Positions 37,896 to 48,922 of a stretch of DNA of 64,000 bases are shown here, piece after piece; the first letter of the stretch is position 1; each line of letters opens with the position of its first letter. The stretch spans positions 827,759 to 891,758 of the forward strand of contig BDGG01000016.1 of NCBI GenBank assembly GCA_001949185.1, written 5' to 3'. This DNA comes from Ramazzottius varieornatus. Its lineage: Eukaryota; Animalia; Tardigrada. A program made the translations under genes and the position numbers. The notes under the pieces are model-generated. The model had not been told where the DNA came from, did not search any database, and saw nothing but the letters and a program-made list of their open reading frames with translations.

Positions 37896-39999
37896 TGGAA
37901 ACACGTCAACTTCAAAAATTCATAGTGACACTCCCTCTTGTTCTTTTCTCTTGAAGTATTTTTACAGTCGCTCTCTCAACTCCAAGCTATCGTTTAGCGT
38001 CCGCTAACCCAAATTTGTCAGCTTCGGGGTAGGGCAGGAATGATTTTGTCTGAATCATGGACAGCCAAAATTGTGGGCGATTCAAGTGTTTGAATTTTCT
38101 CAAGGCATCCCAAACAGGCGCTAAGATATGCTTCGTTTCTCGTAATGAAGCAGTTAACGATTGAACCGTAGGAGGTTGGGTAGATCTTCTCCCCTCTGGA
38201 GATTTCTAGGCCGGAAGTCACCCCTTGGGAAGAGCGAAACTGAAGTTGGACAACAACGTCCAGAGGGAGTATGTCAAATTCGTTCCTTTCTGAACTCTTG
38301 CTAGACCCTTAAGAATTTTTGAAGTGTTTTGCTAAAATCCTCGCTGGGCATTTAGACATAACCAGAAGGGAAAAAGATCAAGAAGTTTGATACCCCGCTT
38401 ACTTCGCGCACCGTGCGATGACCGCAAATTTTGCCTCTCCATAACCTCCCGTTTCTGAATAAGTGTGAACTGATTTTCGATTGCATTGTCACTAGATGGG
38501 CGTGGCATCGTGATACGCAGTTACCAGTTAAAAACCAGGGGGCTTGTAGCTGTGAATCGCGACAGTGCTGTGAATGAGACCACTACAACCAGCATAAAAA
38601 GGCTATTTAACAGTTAACCCGATTTAATCAAGCACGCATAAATCAGGGAGTAATTTGATTGTCCAAGCTCGTCTTTTTCAAGCATCTTTCTAATGTTCGT
38701 CCTCAGCCCTGACGTCAGCAATCACATGTCGGGTTATCAACTAGGGTTGCTTACGAAACGCAGCCAAAGACTGGGCTCTGTAAAACGTTCTCAGGCAAAA
38801 ACCGCATGTTTCGAAGGAGCTGAATTACCGCAGGAAATTTTGAATCATGCGGGGCACCAAAGGAAAATTATGGTTACTGTCTGATTGCTATCTTACAGTC
38901 TAGACCGCTTTAAAATCCTTCCGCCCGGCATAACGATAGCTGCAGACTAAACCTCTCTGCAACGGGGAAGAATGATGAAAAAACTTACCGGCGACCAAAC
39001 GAAATCATTCGGTCAACTCAAAGCACTACTGCTGCAAGTCAGCTCCAAAGTGCACATTGAACAAAACGCTTCCGCAAAACTGCAGGAGGTGAAACTGGAA
39101 ACTCTCCTTCCCACACCAGGAAGAGGGGTCCTGATACTAACGGCTTATTACTATGTCGAAAAATTACAGCACCTCTAGCGAGAAGGAACAATTTCTTCCC
39201 CAGAGGCTGGCAAAAATGGCTACCAAGACTTTCTCGTTTCTGTTCCTCCGTGCTCCTACAGTAAAGGCATGAACACGATGCCGAAAAAAAGACTGAAGTA
39301 CGTCGCTTGTACGGGTAGGTAAGCTGCTCAGAAGTTCCGAGGTTCGAAGCTAGGAAAATTTTTTGAAAGTTTTCGACGCAGGAGTAACAAGTCATACTGT
39401 ACTTCCGCACCTAATAAGTATCACATCATTTGCCCGCGTCCCAAATGTTTTTCGTAAAAGTGAGTTACTGACGCTAGACCAGATCTGGTTCATGACTTCT
39501 CAAAAACTAAACACTTTGCAGCAGATATTTGTTTCGGGGAAAACTAAGGTTTCGAACAAAACTATGGGGAGTTCGGTAGCTGAAATAAATTTCGGAGATT
39601 GTAAAGTCGAATAGATGGATAAACAGAATGTCAGAAAAATTCGACCGGAAGGCGATACGAAGCTTCTGAAGTTCACTAAGCTTTTAGATTGCGGCTGTTT
39701 GTCCATACTGTTCAAAAGCTAATATTCGACCGTCAGTTCTTCAGGTTTTCACGTCGGCTCAAACCATAAGCCCGATACGGTTGGCCGCATATACGCGATC
39801 GCTGAGAGCGGGAATGTCGTAGGGTGGTCAAGTACTCCGGGCGTGATACCCAGCAGTCTGGCAAAGAAGCCGTAGTCGATCATGTCCAAACTGCGATCAG
39901 TCTCATCCATCTGCCATATTTACGCCTGTTCTGGGCGGATCCTTGACCTATGGTAGAGAAGAACAATCATCGCATATTTCAACAAGCTCGGGAAATTTA

Positions 40000-40126
40000 T
40001 TGGGAATTCGGCAAATGATTTTGCGCGGATCGTTATCTCAAGTAGCGCACGTTTACATTCCTGCTGGCTGCGAATGTGCGCCACTTAGGAAAACGATCTG
40101 GGTGAATTCATTTGTCGACGTCCGAA
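40000..40126. repeat. Fold-back family A copy
   Basis: ttgggaattcggcaaatg..caagtagcgcac-N25-gtgcgccacttaggaaaacgatctgggtgaattcatttgtcgacgtccgaa. Confidence 0.9.
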
Positions 40127-41673
40127 TTGATGCAGAGGGACGGTGAAAATACCTGTGCCGACCAAAAGGACAATAGGCATTCCACATAAACATTTCCGTT
40201 GTCGCACGAGATCTTGACAGTACACCGTGGCTGTCGGCCCAACTCAGGCAAGTTCGTATAGCCACTGGAGCTGCTCTTTCGGATACGGCCAGAAAACAGA
40301 CTGAGAAACGGACCTGTCTCCAAAATGCCATCCACGCCACACGCATCTCTCAAAAAAAGGCTCATGGTCCTCAGCACGCTGTAGGCTGCGATCGGCCGTG
40401 TGTCCAAGAGCCTGGTGTCTCAAGTTTCTCACCGTTTCATTAGTCACTTCCCGGAGAGGACGCTGTATCCAACACGACCACGAATACCCGTTCATTGCGA
40501 CGGTCCCCTCATCAAAAGAAGATACCGACCCATGATCTGGATAAGGGAAATCTGCGATGCGGACCTGGAAAGAACACTGCACGAACCTCATCATCTGGAA
40601 CTCGTTCAAGAGGAGATTCGAGGACACAAGGACTGGAGAGGTCGAGAATGGATCCGGAGAACGCCCTTGAATAGCGTGACAGTAGTCAGAGGATGCTGAT
40701 GGGCATTCAGCACGGCACAAGGGCTGCTCTTCCCACAGTCAAAAGTCAGCTTCTCCTTCCTGTACTGGTACAGCCTTTCTCCGATACTGAAAGAAGCCGA
40801 TACCGTTGTTGAGCAGAGCAAGGCGCATCAGAGAGTATTTCCAGACACGAAATTCCAGTCAGCTGCCACTGTGCAAAACACTGTAATGGACTGCGGCTTC
40901 CAAACAGCATAGGTGATCATGTTAAGCTCTGGTATCCTTACCTGCGAAGTCGGTTTCCGGTTGACGGGTCCAAAAATCCAAAAGTTTCTTCGACGAGATG
41001 CACGGGAAGACGATGCCGCAGTTCCGCCAGCGAGTAATTACTACCTATCGGATCATCGTCATTTGAAACATTCACGTCCTCCATCGCGATGCTGAAGGAT
41101 CCAGACTCGATCTTCTTCAAACAAACACGCTGAGACTGAAAACTCGTCGGCCGGAGAAAGTCCTGGACAGAGCAAACAAACAAGAAACTGCCAAAATCAA
41201 AGTGCCAAGGAGCAAAACCCCAACACTGTCATGGTGTCCATGTCATACTGTACGTTCATCTCATGTCATATTACACAAATCATAGTCTGCCCAGCTGATT
41301 GACAGGTTTGTCTTGATTGGTTAACCCTTAATGCTTTTATCGCTCGTCTGTTTTCCCGCTCTCCAGCTCTCACTGCTTGAACTGCTCCGTAGAGTTTCAC
41401 TCGACTCCTCCGCACTTGGCTGAGACATCGAAGTCGGCTCCTCCAACTGCTTCGGAACAGCGTGAGCAGCGGACGAATACGAGAGTCGCCATGCGACAGG
41501 TGGAAGGTGCAGGTGAGATTGACCGCATGCCTCGTCTCTCTCGTGTCGAACCCGGAGGTACAGTATTACCTCATCCGGCCGCTGTCCGTTCACGAATCGC
41601 TGTCTGTGTTACTCCAGGATGCTCAGTTAGTTTGCGTTCTTTCTGCACTAGGAAGTCAATTTCTGGAGTATAG

Positions 41674-43102
41674 ATGTCGAATAATAGGCCGGGACGGCAT
41701 GGCGGAGTTTGCAAGCTGGGCCACTTCACTTCCGTCTTCACTGAATGCTACAAATCCGTCAACCGCACCGTACAGGTAAGCCAAAACTGTTTTTCCTGTC
41801 CTGAATCTCTCCTTGTTGGCATGCCAAGCTTTTACGTTGTCAGAGTAAAGACAAGCATCATTCCGCTGAAATGGCTCGTTTAATTCGATACGTACGTAAT
41901 CTTAGGAAGTTTTTTTATGTTGCAGAAAACCGAAGAATGTTTTCCTGGGAAGCATCACGCCAACATGTATATCACACCGATCGACGAGGATGTACGGAAG
42001 ATGACAGACGATGCAAACAAGATATCGAAACGACATAAGCGTATCGTTTCCCTTGTCCAGCAATATCTCAGACAGTAAGATTTTGCTGTTTGAGCCAGAC
42101 TAGTGGTTTGAGCTTTTGTAAAGACCGTCGATCACTGCACCTCGGAAAAATTCCACCCTTCGAGATCTCAGGTTTGCTGTTTAATAGTGGGCCGATTGCC
42201 ATGACGAAAGAGTATATTTACGAAGGTACGGAAAGCTGGAAGAAGCGCACCTCAAGAAGCAACGAGCAAATGCAGCTGGGTTCACAGTTAATCTTCGCCG
42301 GACGAGCGTTCGGTGACCTTACTCTCTATGGTAGGCTACTCAGCTTTCCAAAGTTTAATCATCTCGCAACGAAGTTCAAAAGTTTCTGTAGGTAACGTCA
42401 TGCTGGACGTTGGAATGGCACAACAAGACATCGGTCACGAAGAGCTGAAGTTTGTAACGATGACTGCGTTGAGCCTTTTGATACCCATGAAGAACTTCAT
42501 CAACACCGACCTCCATAACATCTCCGTAAGTCCTTCAGACTTCTTACCGGAGCTCGGCAAACAAAATTGGCATGAATGTTTACCAAAGAGACGCACGTTG
42601 GCTGTGGAAAACACTGGGATCGTGCGCCACTTCGCATAGAACTTGACAAGATCGTTTTCCTGTTGAGTTCGGTGGCCTGTATCGTTTCCAGATTCCGATC
42701 CGTATTTGAAGCCTGGCTCTGTATGGTTGGTATGAATTTCAGAAGCAAAAACAAGCGTTGATGCACAGAAGACTGGAGTTGGATCGGGCTATCGGCAAAG
42801 CCAACCGTAGTTCGAGGTCTGACGACGGCCACTCCGACCAGACCACGGACCCGCAAGCCCAGGCGAGGATCCAGAATGCCCAGACCGCATTTGACCATCA
42901 ACAGTGCGTCACAAGGCAGGCTTACTACTCAGTAGAAAAGGAAAAGAAACGCATGATCGTGGCGTTCTTGAGGTTCATAGAGTGCCAGTTGGTCTACATG
43001 CGCCGCTGCGCCGCAATCTCGGAGTCCGTCAAAGCCAACTTGATCAAGTACTACACGAAAAACATTTTCATTCTGTATTTGATAGATCAATATTTTCGGT
43101 AA
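41674..43102 (+). CDS. Endophilin-B-like N-BAR protein with no visible SH3 domain
   Basis: Exons 41674-41775, 41926-42074, 42188-42330, 42392-42525, 42743-43102: NRTVQ|KTEE..LGSQLIFAGRAFGDLTLYG|NVMLDVG..LIPMKNFI..|KQNKRLMHRRLELD..AQTAFDHQ..FIECQLVY, collinear with the endophilin B BAR domain. Confidence 0.75.
42549..42650. repeat. Fold-back family A copy (BAR gene intron 42526-42742)
   Basis: ggagctcggcaaa..gacgcac-N25-gtgcgccactt. Confidence 0.7.
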
Positions 43103-43399
43103 ACTGCTTGATTTCAAAAGATAAAAAGGTTGGTTCCTCCATGTTCTCGCTTTTTCAAAATTAGTAAGGTTGTTTTATCATAGTTTTCCGTCAGTATTAT
43201 AACCTTCGAGTTTCTGACGTACTTTGACGTATTTCTGCGATTTCTTTTCACTATTAATATCTTTACTGAAAATACCACAATCTGTTCTCAGAAGGGGAGC
43301 AGCGGTAGATTTTCTGCAATAATTTCACGGATATGCTGATTGATGACTGCACACGCCACTGAACGCGTTTCCCCACACGTGTTTCTCATTTTCAGGAAA

Positions 43400-45334
43400 A
43401 TGAAGATGGAAAATCTGGGTGATCTTCAATGGCCAGACTCGAACTTCCCCTACGTCAAGATCCTCAACGACGAACCGCCCGTAGTCTGCCCAGAACCCGT
43501 CTACGCCAAGATCCCTCCCAAGCCAGCCGGTGACGGGACCGCCTTTGGCGGTATCTTCCCCATGAAGTTAAAAGATAGGAACAAAGACAAGCACCACTCC
43601 ACTTCCGACTCCACCCAGACCGCTTCCGGATTGAACAAACGCCGCAAAGATGAGGACGCTCTCGACAGCCCCGAAACGGAGTTCGACATCGGACCTCACA
43701 AAGTCGTACCTCGTAAGAACACCTTCCAGATAGATCATAAACGTAACGATGGTCCAGAGGACGCTGCAAGCTCACAGAAACTTGACAAGTCAAAGTCGGC
43801 CAAGAGTGTCAAGTTCGAAGACTGTTTCCGTATACCGGGTCTTCATAAGAAACACGTTGAGAAAGAGGAAGAAGGCGCTGATAAGGAAGAAGAATACACC
43901 ACAGTCATCGAGCAAACCAAAAAAGTGACACAGACTAGTACAGGCTCGAATAAGGTCGTTGAGACGAAGAAAGTCACACAGACTAGTACAGGAAATCATA
44001 AGGAGAACAGAGCCTCGCAGAATAACACTTCAGCTGTAAAGGACTCGATGACAGGTCCGACTCACGAGGATGCCGGAAGTACAGGGTCGGAAGAAGCACA
44101 AGATAATGTGGTGAAGCGAACCTTGACGGGTTCGATCAACAACATCAAGAAAACTCTAGGGTCCCTTCGATCGAGTTTCAAGAGGACGAACCCAGACCAG
44201 AATAGTGAGACCGCGCTTATTGAAGAGCCGCAGCAAACTGACGAGAACCCATATGTAGACCAAGCACAGGACAACACGTTTTTCGACACGGACCATAACC
44301 GGGAAGAACCCTTTCAAACGGATGGTGCACAGGCTGAGACACAAGATGGTGGGACTGGGATGGAAGGAGGAAATTTCCGGGATGAACCCCAAGCTAAGTT
44401 ATCGGGAGGCAGAGCTACGAAGGAAGCCTTGACCAATATTCCGGTGAAGGGCGGTAGATTTTCGAGCGCTGGTCAAGTTGATCCTCGGCCTCAAAGCGAA
44501 GTCCGAAAGAAGACCGATGAAAACGTCCAGGCTGATGTGATCTCTCGGGAAGGAAGGCAGAGTAAACAGTCAAAACATAAGCACGAGAGTATGAAGAACA
44601 CCGATGAAAACACACAAGTTGAAAATCAGGAAGCTGCTAAAGAAAAGAAACATTCAAAGCACAGTCACGGTAAGACGAAGCACAGCAAGGATGAGAACGT
44701 CCAGGCTGAGCAGGAGGCCGATGGTGAAGGACAGGAAGAAGAAAGAAGGAAAGGCTCGAAGCATAAGCATTCCAGGGATAAGGATGAAAATGTACAGGCG
44801 GAAGCTGATGACATTCGGGATGTGTCCAATGAGAAGAAACACTCGAAGGCCAAACATGAAAAACCGAAGCGAATTTCAAAAGACGAGAATACGCAGGTCG
44901 AGACTGCCGCTGAGGGAGAAGGGAAGGAAAAGAAACACACGAAAATAAGTACGGATGAGAATATTCAGGCCGAAGATGTTGTGCCGGAAGACGAAGAAGG
45001 AACCCACGACCAGCATTCGAGACATAAACATGAGAAAACAAAGCACAAGAAACACCGCAGAAGCCACAAGCATAAGTCGAAAGAGAAAGAGCTGAAACAT
45101 GACTATGAGAACGAAGGAACCGAAACCGCTGATTTGGGTGAACCGAAACCTCAAGCCGAGAAGGTTTCCGTGGAGGAATTGGACAATGGAGTATCGATGG
45201 GGAAAGCGGAAGTGCCGCTGACAGACATGCCCGAACAACCTTTCCCCAAGAAGAGAGTATCGAAGAGTATTGTGGAAGTTGTGATTCATTCACAGAGACC
45301 TTCGGCTGTCTCACTTCACCAAACTCCCAAATAA
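43400..45334 (+). CDS. Uncharacterised intrinsically disordered K/E/H-rich repeat protein
   Basis: ~645-codon uninterrupted ORF preceded by a tttcag acceptor (43395); repeats (T/K)DEN(V/T/I)Q(A/V)(D/E) x6 and KKVTQTSTG x2; AATAAA overlaps the stop. Confidence 0.75.
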   Translation: MKMENLGDLQWPDSNFPYVKILNDEPPVVCPEPVYAKIPPKPAGDGTAFGGIFPMKLKDRNKDKHHSTSDSTQTASGLNKRRKDEDALDSPETEFDIGPHKVVPRKNTFQIDHKRNDGPEDAASSQKLDKSKSAKSVKFEDCFRIPGLHKKHVEKEEEGADKEEEYTTVIEQTKKVTQTSTGSNKVVETKKVTQTSTGNHKENRASQNNTSAVKDSMTGPTHEDAGSTGSEEAQDNVVKRTLTGSINNIKKTLGSLRSSFKRTNPDQNSETALIEEPQQTDENPYVDQAQDNTFFDTDHNREEPFQTDGAQAETQDGGTGMEGGNFRDEPQAKLSGGRATKEALTNIPVKGGRFSSAGQVDPRPQSEVRKKTDENVQADVISREGRQSKQSKHKHESMKNTDENTQVENQEAAKEKKHSKHSHGKTKHSKDENVQAEQEADGEGQEEERRKGSKHKHSRDKDENVQAEADDIRDVSNEKKHSKAKHEKPKRISKDENTQVETAAEGEGKEKKHTKISTDENIQAEDVVPEDEEGTHDQHSRHKHEKTKHKKHRRSHKHKSKEKELKHDYENEGTETADLGEPKPQAEKVSVEELDNGVSMGKAEVPLTDMPEQPFPKKRVSKSIVEVVIHSQRPSAVSLHQTPK

Positions 45335-45391
45335 ACGAAACAACTTGATCAGAATTTTACACATGAGCAGTTTACTTTCTGGAGAACTGTA

Positions 45392-46873
45392 CTACATAGC
45401 GTTTGCATTTTCCACGTCGACCATGTCCGATTTTGAAAACTTGTATTCTTCGATGGCCTGTTCTACCATGTCTCTTGCGTTTTCGATTTGCTCTTTCAGG
45501 TCCGCGTTGAACGGCTCGAAGTCCAGCGTGTATTTCCTTCGTCTGAAGAGTCCTTCGTACTTTTCGGCGACACAGTCCAGCATCTCTTCGTCAACCTCCG
45601 CGTTGATGAATTCTAGGATTTTTCTCAGTTCTTCTTTCTTGTTTTTCATGAGATCTTCAAAGTGGACAACGTGAAGAGTCAGCGGGTTCTGCGACAACCT
45701 ATCGAACCGACACTTCGAATACAGAAATCAATAAAAGGGTCATCGCCAAACGAATTCAGCCACACTGTTTTCCCAAGCAGCGCATGCTCTTTACCAATAA
45801 CAATGTAAACGTGCGCCACTTAACAAAACGATCTAGGTGAAACCATTTGCCGACGTCCCAATCAAGCACAATGCTTTGTAGCGTTCAGCTAACCAGTATT
45901 CATTCAGGTCCTTCCATTCGTTGATGGCTCTTGGAGCAAAATATTCCCATTCTGAAAGCAGATTTCTGTTACCAAAAACTAAGGCGAGTGGAAAAGGGGA
46001 AAGCTAGCCTTGCCTCTCGTGTCGTAAGATTCGCCTTTGGCGATGCCGGTATGAGTTCGTGTTTTGTACTGATTCCACTTGGCTAAGATAGCATCTTCCG
46101 GCTTCCTTATCAGAAGAATAGCTTTCTGGTAATTATGCTTGGTGGCTTTCTTTCCGAATGTGTGAGTCTTGATGACGATGACTTTCTGGTCATTGACGAG
46201 CTCGCCATAGAATCCTCCGTTGTAAAGCTCGTTATCTGGGTATGATGAACCCGTCCAAATTCCTGTAGAAAATACCATGTAGGACGTATTGTTTAACGTT
46301 ATGATTGTGCGAATGATATGAGCGCTTTGCCAGCTACTGAGATGTTTGAGATCGTTAGGAAGCGGAATTATCAAATTAACCTGTTGCTTGTTCGATGGCT
46401 CCTCGTAACCAAGTGTTCCCGGAGCCAGTGAAAGACGCAAGGGCAATTTTTGGGAGTGGATCCGGTGAGAAATTCACTTTGCTCCGGCACGGTCGCATCT
46501 GGGGAGGTAACTGTGGACCGATGGGACCTTCATCCCGCATTCCTCCCAAAGGGAGGATGGAAATCGTTGAAGCCAGGATGATAGCGGCCGTCAGCAGCGT
46601 GGAAACTGCGACACACCATTTGCATCGGACTTGATGGAGAGCGGTCGATAGGAAGAACTTTACTCGACTTAGAATTTCTGATCCGGAGCGATGGAGATTA
46701 GCAAAAGCAGGGCGCTTGGTGGATGCATCGTCCAGTAAACCGGCTTCATGGGCACTCCACACCTCATCCTTCTCTTTGAAGCCCATAGTCAGCTCCGGAA
46801 GGCCACTGGGATTATCAGACGGATTCGCGTCAAGCGGAGTTTTCTCGCTGCTTTGTGGTGTTGTCGCAAGCAT
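45392..46873 (-). CDS. WSCD-family (Golgi type II) sulfotransferase
   Basis: N-terminal TM, PAPS loop IALASFTGSGNTWLR, TG|IWTGS.Y.D..L..GGFYGE, VIKTH, KAILLIRKP, HVVHFEDL; 4 exons. Confidence 0.85.
45737..45861. repeat. Fold-back family A copy (sulfotransferase intron 45699-45893)
   Basis: ttttcccaagcagcgcat-N25-gtgcgccactt..catttgccgacgtcccaa. Confidence 0.85.
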
Positions 46874-47612
46874 CGTCAACGTCGCATGAGATCCGACGCT
46901 GGAATCTTCTGACGTTCATTCCGCTTAATGCTTTCTTTAGTTTACTGTACATTGAAGACCATCGAAGCTTCCGCGGTCAAGGACATGCCTTCTGGCGGAA
47001 ACAGGTTTTTGTTCACGTTTACGTCCACTCGCATCAATGATGTGCTGTCATGTTTAGCGGCTCTCAATGGCGCCACCTGCGGACACCCGGAGGTTGACCA
47101 GGGCGTACGTAGTATGTACAGTGAGTCGTACACTTCTTTGGACGAACCTTGCTGACGTCATCCACCATTGACTGCAATGGATGATCTCATGGCTCACGCT
47201 CAAAGATCATAGTGCGTGCTATGGCCCCGGGGGGACTAGTGTCACAGCGGGCGCCGTTCCAGGTACACATTTTCTGGTGGAGAATATGACGTCATGACCT
47301 AGTCTGAACTTCATTTTGGATAGCTAAACGTTCCGAATGTTCGCCTCGTTCTGTTGATTGATGCCCAGCTGACTGCACAGCCCGTTTTGTATTTGACAAC
47401 GTGGTCTACCAATTCGACGGTCCAACGTCGTCGCTCCACAATCGACTGCGAACATCGATGACGTAAGTACGGAATTTATTTTGTTGCGAAAATATGGCCA
47501 ATTTTCACTTGCTAGTGGTCCAACCACTGATTTTCTTCGGAATCTTGTGAATCGTTTCGATACCCTTCGCGACCCTATGTGTTTCAATGCTCCAGGTATA
47601 GTAGACTGTGTG

Positions 47613-47865
47613 ATGGTGCCGACTAACAACTTGGAGCGTCAGATCGAGATGCTGTGGAACTACGAGCCTATCAGCGAGTTGGAGGTAGAAGCACTGTGCG
47701 CCAAGGTTCGGAGGAAGGGAATGTACAGACGATCGACTCACATGTTACCATCTACGGAGACATACACGGAAAATCATACGGACCTCAAAGAGCTACCCGA
47801 AATGGGTGGAGAGTCTGGGGACGTACCGGAAACGAATTACCTCTTCAAAAGGGACTTCTTCGATA
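47613..47865 (+). pseudogene. PPP4C: Intronless, frameshifted fragment of protein phosphatase 4 catalytic subunit
   Basis: LERQIE..EVEALCAK / EEGNVQTIDSHVTIYGDIHG / DLKEL..GDVPETNYLF are split across frames and match the PP4C N-terminus; GDFVDRG is degenerate and nothing follows. Confidence 0.8.
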
Positions 47866-48922
47866 CCACCGGACACACCTGGTTTTGTGAATAAGATATA
47901 AATCGGTTGATGCGTAGGCCAGCAATCTGATCAACACCGTCTGCTGGTTTATGTGTGAAGAACGTCCCAGAAAGTCCCTGACAGCTTGTCGAGCAGCAAG
48001 GGGAACGCAGAAAGCCTGCAAAAGTCACAGAAGATCTTGCGTCGGTGCAGATGATGGCGGTTTGCTTGCCTAGCTTGTCAGCCTCTTGACGCGGCAATTC
48101 TCGAACAAGATTAGACAGTCGTGACTCACCTCAAATCATAGACTGAAGAGATAAGAGAACAGGCACCAGCAGTATATCAGTTCAAGAGAGGGAGAGAGAG
48201 AAAGCAATTCAGTACGAAGGATCACCATCCGATAATGAAGATTAAATATTATGAGTCACGAAGTTACGATATCGCACTTGTACCGGCGCAGTGCATTGCA
48301 GCATGGCAAGTGCATCTGGTGCACAACCTCATGCACATGAATACAAATCTGAATGGCGTGCTGTGTTATGTACAAAGGCCGAGCGCATTCCATCACGCAC
48401 CTACAAAAACTGCACAGTGTGCAGTACCGAACAGAGGTTCTTGGATGATTTTGGCCTGTCCTTGGACACTACAAACCGTGTATCTTGTCTCCACCAATAT
48501 TCAACACGCTGTGACACTTTTCTCAGCGCGGCAGCGAACGAGCAGCGAAGCAGCCAGCTGTTCTGACGCACTCTGCAAAGATCAAGGTAGACGTCACAAG
48601 GTGAACGTCGCCCCAGTTTCAGCAAAAATAGAAATCACGTCCTCTGCCATTACGATCTCGTTTTTCCCGTAACATCATCTGTGTCATTACTCATCAGTCC
48701 AATCCGCTCGAAGGGAAAGTGCGTTACGGATACCGCAATCATCCACGATAAGTTTAGAATGGCTGGAGGAGGACATGGCTGATTCAATACGTGAATAGCT
48801 CGTGCTTGCAGGATGAAGTCATCGCGACGATAAGGTAAGTCAGTCATACAAAGTTAGCAAATTGTTATTGCAGTGTACCTTTTGCAAACGCAGTCTCTCT
48901 TACAGTCGAAAGTCGTATTAGC

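Noticed and set aside
40244-40821. Overlapping ORFs that might be a decayed retroelement
   Set aside because: No RT, integrase or transposase motif recognisable by eye; needs a tBLASTx/Dfam search.
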